From: Nitrospirota bacterium
Lineage (GTDB): Bacteria > Nitrospirota > Thermodesulfovibrionia > Thermodesulfovibrionales > Dissulfurispiraceae
DNA length: 64,000 nt
Direction: 5' to 3'
Assembly: GCA_963790025.1 (NCBI GenBank)
Contig: CAWBMP010000004.1
Coordinates: forward strand, 320,001 to 384,000
Shown here one piece after another: positions 19,023 through 27,923 of the stretch (the stretch's first letter is position 1; each line of letters starts with the position of its first letter). The notes beneath the pieces were generated by a model that ran no database searches, was not told where the DNA came from, and saw only the letters and a list, made by a program, of their open reading frames with translations. The translations under genes and the position numbers were made by a program.

Positions 19023-19496
19023 CTACCGTTTTACCAGCGTGTCCTTAAAAACATTAAGCCACATGATATGGCTCTTTTCTTCGTTGATAATCTCGTCTAC
19101 AAGCTCCTTTTCGCGCACCACATCCCTGACCCCGTAAAAGTACAGAAGAGTCTCTTTCTCAAATCCGAGGGCATAATCAACTGCCTCGCTTACATTCTTG
19201 ATGCGGTCCATCGATGGAATTGATTTATCTTTACCCAAGAAAAACTGCGATTCGACGATTGCGCGCAGATAAGGGGATATCTCCTCCCATTTTTCCGGGA
19301 CCTCATCTCCTACCATATCCCTAAGGTCGGCATACGTTTTTTCGTGTCTTAATTCCTTTTGTGCCAGTACGCCGAAAAGCTTCGTCAGCTTCTGGTCCTC
19401 TTTAAAACGGGCCGCCATTTCCGTATAGTATTGATAACCCAATTTTTCGGTTTGTACCGCCTGCTCAAGTACCTCGCGAATGTTATAGTTCTCCAC
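19023..19496 (-). CDS. Ferritin-like/rubrerythrin family protein
   Basis: Two ExxH helix pairs (ELRH, EEKSH). Confidence 0.85.
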   Translation of the reverse strand: MENYNIREVLEQAVQTEKLGYQYYTEMAARFKEDQKLTKLFGVLAQKELRHEKTYADLRDMVGDEVPEKWEEISPYLRAIVESQFFLGKDKSIPSMDRIKNVSEAVDYALGFEKETLLYFYGVRDVVREKELVDEIINEEKSHIMWLNVFKDTLVKR

Positions 19497-19512
19497 AATT
19501 CCACCTCCAAAA

Positions 19513-19600
19513 AAATAAGTAAAAAGTCAAAAGTGAGACGAAACAAATGACATTTTCTTTTATTCCTTTTTTTACTTTTTAGTTTTTACTTTTAACTTGT
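19513..19600. repeat. Inverted array of 7-mer repeats (aagtaaa/tttactt)
   Basis: aataagtaaaaagtcaaaagt ... tttactttttagtttttacttttaactt. Confidence 0.6.
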
Positions 19601-19604
19601 TTTT

Positions 19605-19898
19605 TTACTTGTCTGCTTCCAGCAGCTTTCTCAGACGACTGTCCGCCCTGACTATATCATCTGCATTGTCTCCGGTGATGTCCCACTGGTATTCTCCTTT
19701 TGCGCTGCGGTGCAGTTTGATCTTTACCGGCTTTCGCGGCTTTATCTGTGAGATATCGTGATTTCTGCTGAACTGTAATGCAGGTTTCTTTTCATTTTCC
19801 GCAGCATGGACAATACAAGGACAGGAAAAGATATTAAAGACTGACAAAAAAAACATAATACTGATAATAAACAGAGTATTCCTATTTTTTTTAGACAT
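19605..19898 (-). CDS. Hypothetical exported protein
   Basis: Signal-peptide-like N-terminus; start overlaps the nadE stop. Confidence 0.6.
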   Translation of the reverse strand: MSKKNRNTLFIISIMFFLSVFNIFSCPCIVHAAENEKKPALQFSRNHDISQIKPRKPVKIKLHRSAKGEYQWDITGDNADDIVRADSRLRKLLEADK

Positions 19899-21679
19899 TA
19901 CCGGCTCCTATACCTGTTGGTTATGGGGAATCTCCTGTCCCTGCCGAATGCCCGGGGAGTGATCTTTATGCCGGGCGGAGACTGTCGCCTTTTATACTCG
20001 CTGAAATCAACCATGCGTATGACCCTTTTTGTGTCCTCCACCGGACAATTCGGGTTGAGAGTAATGATCTCGTCGAAACTTTTGTCCTCCTCGATATATT
20101 GCTTCAAGACCGGATCAAGTATATCGTAAGGAGGCAGCGTATCTGTATCTCTTTGGTCAGGCTTCAATTCCGCTGAAGGCGCCCTGGTAATGACCCTTTC
20201 GGGGATTACCATTCTGCCCGCTTCCAGATTTTTCCATTTGCACAGCCGGTAGACCAGTGTTTTCGGGACGTCTTTTATGACAGCAAACCCTCCGGCCATG
20301 TCCCCGTAGAGTGTGGCATAGCCCACGCTCATCTCAGACTTGTTTCCGGTGGTGAGCACAAGCCACCCGAATTTATTTGAAAAGGCCATGAGCAGGTTCC
20401 CCCTGATTCTGGCCTGGAGGTTCTCTTCAGTACTGTCAGAAGACATTTTTTGAAAGTATGGTCTCAGGGTCTCCAGGTACGAATCAAATACTGCGGCAAT
20501 CGGGATTTCAATCAACTTTATACCGAGATGTCCTGCAAGTTCCTGAGAATCTTCCTTGCTTTCCCGCGAGGTGTATGGCGAAGGCATAAACACACCTGTA
20601 ACATTATCTCCACCAACAGCATCAACCGCAATGGCAGCGACAAGAGCGGAATCGATCCCACCGCTCAAACCGATACAAACATTGACAAACCCATTCTTGT
20701 GAACATAATCCCTGGTCCCAAGGACCAGCGCCCTGTATACCTCCTCCTCTATCACCTCCGGAGCGCGGAAGCCCTGAAGCGCGGAACTTGCACTATGAAA
20801 GCCTTTTCCTTCCGCGCTTCCCCTCTTCCGGGCCTCTGCTCTTCCGGACTTTCCTGTTATTGTGATTTTCTCGACCACGTCCGGTTGCAAATCAAAGACC
20901 TGTTGCCTTCTTGTCGGCTCATGAAGGCGCCTGATGAAAACCGCGTCCAGGTCCAGATCAACCATGATCACGTCCTCTTCGAACTGTTTACCTTCGGCAA
21001 TTATTTCGCCGTTCTGGTCCACTACGAAACTTTGTCCATCGAACACCAGTTCATCCTGTCCTCCCACGGTATTCAAATATGCGATGATAACACTGTTATC
21101 ATAAGCGCGTGTAGACAGCATTCTCTTTCTGAATCCGCCTTTGCCGATATGGTAAGGGGAAGCGTTGATATTGATAATAAATTCAGCGCCTGCCAGCGCC
21201 TGTACAGTGCTCGGTCCGCCAGCATACCAGATATCCTCGCAAATGGTAACGCCGAACAAATAATCTTCCATTTGGTATACCGCATATCTGCTGCCTGCCT
21301 GGAAGTATCTAAACTCGTCGAAAACGCTGTAATTCGGCAAATGCATCTTATGATAAACATCTACAAGCCGCCCTTTGTGCATGACTGCAGCGGCATTAAA
21401 TATATCATCCCTCCTGTCCACAAACCCGGTTATTACCACTGCATCGCGGGTGCTATCCTGGATTTCCTTGAGCGCGGCAAGTGTATCCTGAATGAACTGA
21501 GGCTTTAAGAGAAGGTCTTCAGGGGGATAGCCGGTCAGCGCAAGCTCAGGGAATACAATGATATCGGGGGAGTACTCTCCGACCGTTTCAACATACCCCA
21601 TGATCTTCTTTACATTGCCGTTCAGGTCACCCACTGTGGGGTTGATCTGGCATAAAGCAATACGGACCGTCTTCATCAA
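19898..21679 (-). CDS. nadE: Glutamine-dependent NAD+ synthetase
   Basis: CN-hydrolase domain (FPEL, ICEDIW) plus GLSGGIDS, ENLQARIRG, TGNKSE, GYATLYGD. Confidence 0.96.
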   Translation of the reverse strand: MMKTVRIALCQINPTVGDLNGNVKKIMGYVETVGEYSPDIIVFPELALTGYPPEDLLLKPQFIQDTLAALKEIQDSTRDAVVITGFVDRRDDIFNAAAVMHKGRLVDVYHKMHLPNYSVFDEFRYFQAGSRYAVYQMEDYLFGVTICEDIWYAGGPSTVQALAGAEFIININASPYHIGKGGFRKRMLSTRAYDNSVIIAYLNTVGGQDELVFDGQSFVVDQNGEIIAEGKQFEEDVIMVDLDLDAVFIRRLHEPTRRQQVFDLQPDVVEKITITGKSGRAEARKRGSAEGKGFHSASSALQGFRAPEVIEEEVYRALVLGTRDYVHKNGFVNVCIGLSGGIDSALVAAIAVDAVGGDNVTGVFMPSPYTSRESKEDSQELAGHLGIKLIEIPIAAVFDSYLETLRPYFQKMSSDSTEENLQARIRGNLLMAFSNKFGWLVLTTGNKSEMSVGYATLYGDMAGGFAVIKDVPKTLVYRLCKWKNLEAGRMVIPERVITRAPSAELKPDQRDTDTLPPYDILDPVLKQYIEEDKSFDEIITLNPNCPVEDTKRVIRMVDFSEYKRRQSPPGIKITPRAFGRDRRFPITNRYRSR

Positions 21680-21792
21680 AAATCCTCACTCTTTCGTAGT
21701 GCGGTACTTCTCGCAATTTCAATTTTAGCACATTTCTCGTTTGTCTTTCGCCTATTGCCTATTGCCCGCCTTAATTATGATACAATTCCTGC

Positions 21793-22590
21793 ATGTGGAA
21801 TGTGCGCATAAGGGCTTCCAGAAAAGTCGGTGCCCGGGACCTCCATATATCCGGGGCGGAAGGACTCTATGAAAATGGTGAATTGGCCGGAACAATATCC
21901 GCTTATGTCAGGAGAGTACTTGAGCATACGAGGGGAGTACCCGATAAAATTAGTCTCACAATCGAATCTATAGAGCGAAAACCTGCGACCGTTCCCTTGT
22001 TGCGGGTAACAACACTTCAGAACGCCTCGCCTGACAGGGCGCATGCGATCATTTCAGAACTTTTGAAAAGCATTGGAATATCGAGGCGTGCAGTAACTGC
22101 TGCTGAAAAAGTTTTGACCTCGCCGCGGGTAATGCGCGGCGCGTCCCTGATAACAGCAAAGGCGGGCCTCCGTATCGAGCCGGACAAAAAGCGCGGAGTC
22201 AGGGTATCGAGGTTGGGAATAGAACCGGGCGAAAGAAAAAAGCTGGCACTGAGGCTTTCGCGAATGCAGATAAATACAGCGACGGTAAGGGAGGCCCTTA
22301 TCCTGGCGTCAAAAGCAACCTCATCCCCGGACATCCTTGCCGAATTGTGCATTTCCGACGATCCGGATTATACAACAGGATACCTGGCAAGCACCAAAAC
22401 AGGCTATGTCCGAATACCGAACATAAAAAAGCGGGGCGCTATGCATGGAGGCAGGGTTTTCTTTATCAGGGAAGGCGCAGAGCGCGACGCTATAATAGAC
22501 TACCTGGAAAAAGAACCGATATTAGTCTACAACACTACGACAGGTAAAGGTAAAGGTTACGGTAAAGAAAAAAAGATAAACAATAGATAA
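21793..22590 (+). CDS. bioW: 6-carboxyhexanoate (pimelate)--CoA ligase
   Basis: HISGAE, RGVRVS, EALILASK, ELCISDDPDYTTGY, GGRVFF. Confidence 0.92.
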   Translation: MWNVRIRASRKVGARDLHISGAEGLYENGELAGTISAYVRRVLEHTRGVPDKISLTIESIERKPATVPLLRVTTLQNASPDRAHAIISELLKSIGISRRAVTAAEKVLTSPRVMRGASLITAKAGLRIEPDKKRGVRVSRLGIEPGERKKLALRLSRMQINTATVREALILASKATSSPDILAELCISDDPDYTTGYLASTKTGYVRIPNIKKRGAMHGGRVFFIREGAERDAIIDYLEKEPILVYNTTTGKGKGYGKEKKINNR

Positions 22591-22633
22591 TTCTGTTTTT
22601 GGCTTTCCTGTGCCTATACCTTTACCTATACCT
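22542..22633. repeat. Inverted array of 6-mer repeats (aggtaa/tacctt), left arm inside bioW 3' end
   Basis: aggtaaaggtaaaggttacggtaaag ... cctatacctttacctatacct. Confidence 0.75.
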
Positions 22634-22654
22634 TCTTTTTTTGAGAGGTGTCAT

Positions 22655-23626
22655 TTGGCTGAGAAAATTATTCTTATCGGGAACCCCATAGCAGGCGGGG
22701 GGGCGGGGTCCAAGATTAAAAAGGCCTCCGATCTCCTCGTAAAAAAAGGATACGACACAAGGCTTATGTTCACCGGCAAAAAAGGTGATGCCGAGGCTTT
22801 CGCCAGAGGTATTACAGCCCAGCCCGTGCGGCTGGTCATTGCCGCCGGCGGCGACGGTACCTATAACGAAGTAGCCAATGGCCTGGTCCGGTCAAATATC
22901 CCCATGGCAATACTCCCCCTGGGCACCAGTTCGGTACTTGCTCGGGAGCTGCATATTCCCCTCACAGTAAAAAAGGCGCTGGAAATTGCCCTAAGCGGCA
23001 ATGTACGGACAGTACATCTCGGCAAGATCACATTTATATCTCATAGCTCATCGCCTGCTGCTCATAAAAATAACGGCAATATATCAAAGGACACGGTCAC
23101 TCGTTATTTTCTCCTGATGACCGGTATAGGTTTCGATGCCGAAGCGGTCTTCGGCGTTAATGAAATGATAAAAAAATTCACCGGCAAAGTCGCGTATTTC
23201 TTGAGCGGACTTAAAGTACTGGCGCATTATGACCCCGGCTTAATAACACTTTCGATCAAACACGATTCATCAGACGCCGGACCGACGCGGGAAATCTCAG
23301 CGTACGCTGTAATCATCGGCAAGGCATCCCGTTACGGCGGCACTTTCAGGGCAACTCCCGATGCACGGCTATCCGAGCCCTATTTTTATGTTTTTGCTAC
23401 ACATAAAAATAACAGAAGCGCCCTCTTCCGTTACGTGACCGGGGTCATGAGCGGAAAACATATCGCCTTCAGCGATATCAGCTATTTGAAAGCCGCAGAA
23501 ATTGTCGTGGGAGGTGAAGCCCCCGTGCAGATCGACGGTGATTATGAAGGGACGACGCCTGCAAAAATAGAAATAGAAAAAGACGCCCTCAGCCTGGTAA
23601 CTGCCCCGGAGTTCACGCAAATATAA
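22655..23626 (+). CDS. Diacylglycerol/lipid kinase family protein
   Basis: NPIAG, GGDGTYNEV, LPLGT, GIGFDA, QIDGD; TTG start after GAGAGG. Confidence 0.88.
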   Translation: MAEKIILIGNPIAGGGAGSKIKKASDLLVKKGYDTRLMFTGKKGDAEAFARGITAQPVRLVIAAGGDGTYNEVANGLVRSNIPMAILPLGTSSVLARELHIPLTVKKALEIALSGNVRTVHLGKITFISHSSSPAAHKNNGNISKDTVTRYFLLMTGIGFDAEAVFGVNEMIKKFTGKVAYFLSGLKVLAHYDPGLITLSIKHDSSDAGPTREISAYAVIIGKASRYGGTFRATPDARLSEPYFYVFATHKNNRSALFRYVTGVMSGKHIAFSDISYLKAAEIVVGGEAPVQIDGDYEGTTPAKIEIEKDALSLVTAPEFTQI

Positions 23627-23748
23627 AGGTTTCGTAAAAAGCTCCATAGGCAAGGCGCGCAAATCCTGACGAATGAGTCGTACTTTGGTGTACGTCGCAG
23701 TGAGGAGGGATGCAGCGCAACGCAGATTATGGACTTTTTACGAAACCT
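23627..23748. mobile_element. 122-bp MITE-like element (family B) with 15-bp terminal inverted repeats
   Basis: aggtttcgtaaaaag ... ctttttacgaaacct, imperfectly extended inward; non-coding; fills the gap between two stop codons. Confidence 0.75.
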
Positions 23749-24582
23749 CTACATGTAGCCGAGTTCTCGCAGGTGCTCCATAACCTTCTCTTTTTCCTGT
23801 CCCCGTCCCACTCTTTCCGGAGTGTGCTCCAGGTCCTGCATCCACGCCGGAACATCACTATTTCTTCCCGTAGAACACCTGGCGCCGAGAGAACGATAAC
23901 CAAGTTTATAAAGTTTATTGTGCGGAATGTCATTTTTGGAAATAGTAATCCATATATCGCGTTCGCTGAGGTGAAGGACAGGGTGCACCCTCATATGATC
24001 AGGCTTTGTGCGAGGACTGAAAAACTCTTCACTTTTTCTAGCTTCGTGTTCGTCCCACCGTATGGCGGTGGAAAGGGCCTTTACTTTATTCTTAACAATA
24101 AATTCCCTCAGGGGGACGGTTTTCATCAAATGATTGCACACTTCAGAATCAGGCATGAAATGAAATTGAGGTTTATTAAAATCATCTTCTTTAAGAGCAA
24201 GCTGATTGCTTTCGTTAAGATCAGACACCTTTACTATATCGCCGACAGTGGAAACTTTTGAAATAACATCTTCATTCTTGATAAAGATAATATCCAATGA
24301 CCATAATTCTTTTATGTAATTGACAAATTCCAATATTTCATCAAATACATCTCCTTCGTCAATAAATACACACTTGGGCAGTTTTATGCCGAACTCTTCG
24401 CAAACCTGTTTGTATATCCAAATCGAGGTTGTACTGTCTTTTCCTCCTGTCATGGCAATTGCCATATTTTCAGGCTTGAAGCGATCAATCGCTTCCTTGA
24501 TTACCTCTTTTGATACGTTGATCTTTTCTTCGTTGCTCAACGAACCCAGTATCGAATGAAGCTGGCCCATTTCAGGAATCAT
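23749..24582 (-). CDS. PAPS reductase/CysD-like adenine nucleotide alpha-hydrolase family protein
   Basis: TGGKDS PP-loop, AIRWDE, RVHPVLH, LYKLGYRSLG, ERVGR...LRELGYM. Confidence 0.85.
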   Translation of the reverse strand: MIPEMGQLHSILGSLSNEEKINVSKEVIKEAIDRFKPENMAIAMTGGKDSTTSIWIYKQVCEEFGIKLPKCVFIDEGDVFDEILEFVNYIKELWSLDIIFIKNEDVISKVSTVGDIVKVSDLNESNQLALKEDDFNKPQFHFMPDSEVCNHLMKTVPLREFIVKNKVKALSTAIRWDEHEARKSEEFFSPRTKPDHMRVHPVLHLSERDIWITISKNDIPHNKLYKLGYRSLGARCSTGRNSDVPAWMQDLEHTPERVGRGQEKEKVMEHLRELGYM

Positions 24583-24827
24583 AATATATTATACCTTCCT
24601 TCTTTTGTCTGCTGCCTATCACCATAAAGTTTAAAGTCAATCGGCAAAGATTGTCAAGCATTTCTATGCGCGCATATTCACTACTTACCTCCTTCTTTCT
24701 ACCTTTACCTGTGTCTTCCGGTTCAAATTCCGGCTTCTTCAAAGGGCTCTTGATTAATACAAAATTATTGTTTAAAATATTAGACTTGCAGGGAATTTTT
24801 TTTGCATCATGCACGAAGGGAGGGGAA

Positions 24828-25403
24828 ATGGCTGAAACTTTAGAAATAAGATGGCATGGCAGAGGCGGCCAGGGTACGGTTACAGGCGCTAAAGTATATG
24901 CTGAAGCGTGTCTCAGCAGTGGAAGACATGTTCAGGCATTTCCTGAATACGGGCCTGAAAGGTCGGGAGCTCCTGTAAGGGCTTTTAACCGTGTAAGCTC
25001 AAAAGAAATCAGAGTGCACTGTCCTGTCCTGAGACCCAATGTAGTAATTGTTGTGGACGCAACATTGCTGGATGCGATTGATGTAACGGAAGGCGCTCCG
25101 GACAATGCAATGTTCCTGATCAACACCCCCAAAGATCCAGGGGAGATCAGGAAAAAACTCAAGGTAAAAGCCACGCAGAAGATCTTTACCGTCGATGCTA
25201 CGGGAATAGCCATTGACAACATCGGAAAGGCGATGCCCAATGCCGCTTTGGTCGGCGCACTGGGGAAAGTGGTTGAGATGACAAGTTTTGACGCTATTCA
25301 TGAAAGCGTAAGAAAAAGTTTTGGAAAAAAGTTTTCTCAAAAAATAATAGTCGGCAACCTTTACGCCTTGCAGACTGGCTACAAGGAGGTAAAGGAAGGA
25401 TGA
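24828..25403 (+). CDS. porC: 2-oxoacid (pyruvate):ferredoxin oxidoreductase gamma subunit
   Basis: EIRWHGRGGQG, AFPEYGPERSGAP. Confidence 0.92.
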   Translation: MAETLEIRWHGRGGQGTVTGAKVYAEACLSSGRHVQAFPEYGPERSGAPVRAFNRVSSKEIRVHCPVLRPNVVIVVDATLLDAIDVTEGAPDNAMFLINTPKDPGEIRKKLKVKATQKIFTVDATGIAIDNIGKAMPNAALVGALGKVVEMTSFDAIHESVRKSFGKKFSQKIIVGNLYALQTGYKEVKEG

Positions 25404-25696
25404 AACTAAAAGGGTGGAAAGATTTGACGCCCGGTGCAGTAATTATCGAACCGGGCAATTCAGTTAAGTTTAAGACGGGTTCCTGGAGGGCTTTCAGGCC
25501 TGAATGGATCGAGGACAACTGTATTCACTGTCTGTTTTGCTGGGCCTATTGCCCTGATATGGCTGTCAAGGTCAAAGACGGCAAAAGGGTCCAATTCGAT
25601 TATGACGCCTGTAAAGGATGTGGAATATGTGCTCTTGAGTGTCCCGGTAAAAGAGGCAACAAGGCTATTGTCATGAAAGAGGAGGGGAAAAAATGA
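25400..25696 (+). CDS. porD: Pyruvate:ferredoxin oxidoreductase delta subunit (2x4Fe-4S)
   Basis: KTGSWR, CIHCLFCWAYCP, CKGCGICALECP. Confidence 0.92.
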   Translation: MKLKGWKDLTPGAVIIEPGNSVKFKTGSWRAFRPEWIEDNCIHCLFCWAYCPDMAVKVKDGKRVQFDYDACKGCGICALECPGKRGNKAIVMKEEGKK

Positions 25697-26877
25697 CGCG
25701 AGCTACTGTTGCTGTTACAGGAAATGAAGCTGTTGCAGAGGCCCTCCGGCAGGTAAACCCCGATGTCAGTGCAGCATATCCCATTACCCCTGCAACCGAC
25801 ATCATGCAGCGGTTTACGGGTTTCGTGTCCAACGGAGAGGTCAAAACGGAAATGCTCCTTGTCGAGAGCGAACACAGCGCAATGAGTGCCTGTATAGGGG
25901 CGTCAGCTGCCGGCGGCAGGGTCATGACCGCAACCTCTTCCCAGGGGCTGGCCCTGATGTGGGAGGAGTTGTTCATTGCCTCAGGCCTCCGTCTTCCCAT
26001 TGTCATGTCTTTGGTAAACAGGGCGCTTTCCTCGCCTTTAAATATTCACTGCGACCATTCCGACGGCATGGGAGCGCGCGACTGCGGATGGATACAATTA
26101 TGGTGCGAGAATGCCCAGGAAGCTTACGACAATGTCATACAGGCATTCAACATTGCGGAACACATGGCTATACGGCTTCCTGTAATGGTATGTCTCGACG
26201 GCTTTATAATAAGCCATTCGATAGAAAGCATGAAATATATTGACGATGAGGCGGTAAGGAATTTTGTCGGAGATTTTAACCAGGTCCATCCTCTTCTTGA
26301 CATGGAGCATCCTGTGAGCTACGGCCCGCTGATCCTGACCGATTACTATATGGAATACAGGAGGGCCCATGCCAGTGTTATGTCAAAGGTCAAGCATGCC
26401 GTCCTCGATGCGGCCCTGGATTTCGAAAGGATTTCAGGCAGAAAATATGGTTTATTTGAAAGCTACCGGCTCGAAGATGCCGAGATAGGAATGGTCATTC
26501 TCAATTCCGCTGCCGGGACCACAAAGGATGTAATCGATGATTTCAGGGACCGGGGCATCAAGGCCGGACTTTTAAAGCCTAGGTTGTTCAGGCCTTTCCC
26601 ATATGAAGAGGTTGGAGAGGCGCTCAAACACCTGAAGGCCATTTGTGTAATGGACAGGGCGGATGCCTGGGGCGCCTCTTACGGACCATTATTTATGGAG
26701 ATCGCGTCTTGCCTTAATCCCTATAAGGACCGGCCTGTACTGATAAACAAGATATACGGACTGGGCGGCAGGGATTACCTACCCGAAAATGCGGAACTTG
26801 TCCTGGATGAACTTGTGGAGATTGCGAGTACGGGAACTGTGAAAACCTTCAAGGAATATATTGGAGTAAGGGAGTAA
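25693..26877 (+). CDS. porA: Pyruvate:ferredoxin oxidoreductase alpha subunit
   Basis: YPITP, ESEHSA, TATSSQG, YGLGGRD. Confidence 0.94.
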   Translation: MTRATVAVTGNEAVAEALRQVNPDVSAAYPITPATDIMQRFTGFVSNGEVKTEMLLVESEHSAMSACIGASAAGGRVMTATSSQGLALMWEELFIASGLRLPIVMSLVNRALSSPLNIHCDHSDGMGARDCGWIQLWCENAQEAYDNVIQAFNIAEHMAIRLPVMVCLDGFIISHSIESMKYIDDEAVRNFVGDFNQVHPLLDMEHPVSYGPLILTDYYMEYRRAHASVMSKVKHAVLDAALDFERISGRKYGLFESYRLEDAEIGMVILNSAAGTTKDVIDDFRDRGIKAGLLKPRLFRPFPYEEVGEALKHLKAICVMDRADAWGASYGPLFMEIASCLNPYKDRPVLINKIYGLGGRDYLPENAELVLDELVEIASTGTVKTFKEYIGVRE

Positions 26878-26878
26878 T

Positions 26879-27841
26879 ATGACGACACCTATAAGTTTAA
26901 AAGAACTTTCAAAAAAAGAGGATTTATTCGTTTCCGGCCACAGGATGTGCGCCGGCTGCGGTGCTCCGATCATAGTTAAAATGGTACTCCTTGCATCTGA
27001 ATATCCTGTGGTTGCCGCTTCTGCGACAGGTTGTCTCGAGGTTTCATCCTGCATATCCGAATTTACCTCATGGAAGGTACCCTGGATACACAATGCTTTT
27101 GAGAACGCCGCTGCCACCCTTTCAGGTGTGGAGACTATGTTCAAGTCACTAAAAAAACAGGGGAAGATTGACAAGGATGTAAAGTTTATCGCATTCGGAG
27201 GAGACGGAGGCACATATGATATAGGATTTCAGAGCCTTTCCGGGGCCATGGAGAGGGGAAATGACATTCTTTATGTCTGCTATGACAACGGCGCCTACAT
27301 GAACACCGGCATTCAGCGTTCAAGTGCAACCCCGTTCGGCGCCGACACAACCACTTGCCCGTCAGGGGACGTGATTCCCGGAAAGCTTCAGGACAGGAAA
27401 GACCTTACAAGGATCATAGCGGCTCACGGAGTGCCGTATGTTGCCCAGGCATCGCCGAGCCAATGGTCGGACCTCGTAAAAAAGGTCCAGAAGGCTTTGG
27501 ATATTAAGGGCCCAAAATTTATGAACATAATAGCACCCTGCAACCGCGGCTGGAGATCGAGGACCGACGATGCCATACTTTTAAGCAGGCTTGCAGTCGA
27601 GACCTGCTACTGGCCCCTATATGAGATCGAAAACGGCGTCACGCGAGTTACGCTTAAACCCAAAGTGATAAAACCCCTTGTGGATTTTCTCAAACCACAG
27701 GGACGGTTCAAGCATATGTTCGCTCCCGGCAATGAATGGATGCTGAAACAGGCCCAGGAGGGTGTTGACAAGGTATGGCAAAGGCTTTTGAAAGACGAAC
27801 AATGCAGCGCGCCTAAAGAGGCATCTGCTAAAAAACAATAG
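26879..27841 (+). CDS. porB: Pyruvate:ferredoxin oxidoreductase beta subunit
   Basis: GHRMCAGCG, GGDG TPP motif, YMNTGIQRS. Confidence 0.94.
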   Translation: MTTPISLKELSKKEDLFVSGHRMCAGCGAPIIVKMVLLASEYPVVAASATGCLEVSSCISEFTSWKVPWIHNAFENAAATLSGVETMFKSLKKQGKIDKDVKFIAFGGDGGTYDIGFQSLSGAMERGNDILYVCYDNGAYMNTGIQRSSATPFGADTTTCPSGDVIPGKLQDRKDLTRIIAAHGVPYVAQASPSQWSDLVKKVQKALDIKGPKFMNIIAPCNRGWRSRTDDAILLSRLAVETCYWPLYEIENGVTRVTLKPKVIKPLVDFLKPQGRFKHMFAPGNEWMLKQAQEGVDKVWQRLLKDEQCSAPKEASAKKQ

Positions 27842-27867
27842 CAAAGAGTTGTCAATAAGACAAAAAG

Positions 27868-27899
27868 AGTGCCCTTGCAGGAATTCCTGCAAGGGCACT
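27868..27899. terminator. Perfect 32-bp palindrome, probable bidirectional intrinsic terminator
   Basis: agtgcccttgcaggaattcctgcaagggcact flanked by A-rich and T-rich tracts between convergent porB and rne/rng. Confidence 0.8.
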
Positions 27900-27923
27900 T
27901 TGTTTATTGCACACAGCGACAAT

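Noticed and set aside
20450..21508. 352-aa ORF on the + strand
   Set aside because: Antisense shadow of nadE; no recognisable motifs
24651..24827. N-terminal extension of porC in the ORF track (similarly 2529, 22610, 32422, 42568 starts)
   Set aside because: Downstream starts have better RBS or family-typical N-termini; several extensions run through repeats or intergenic DNA
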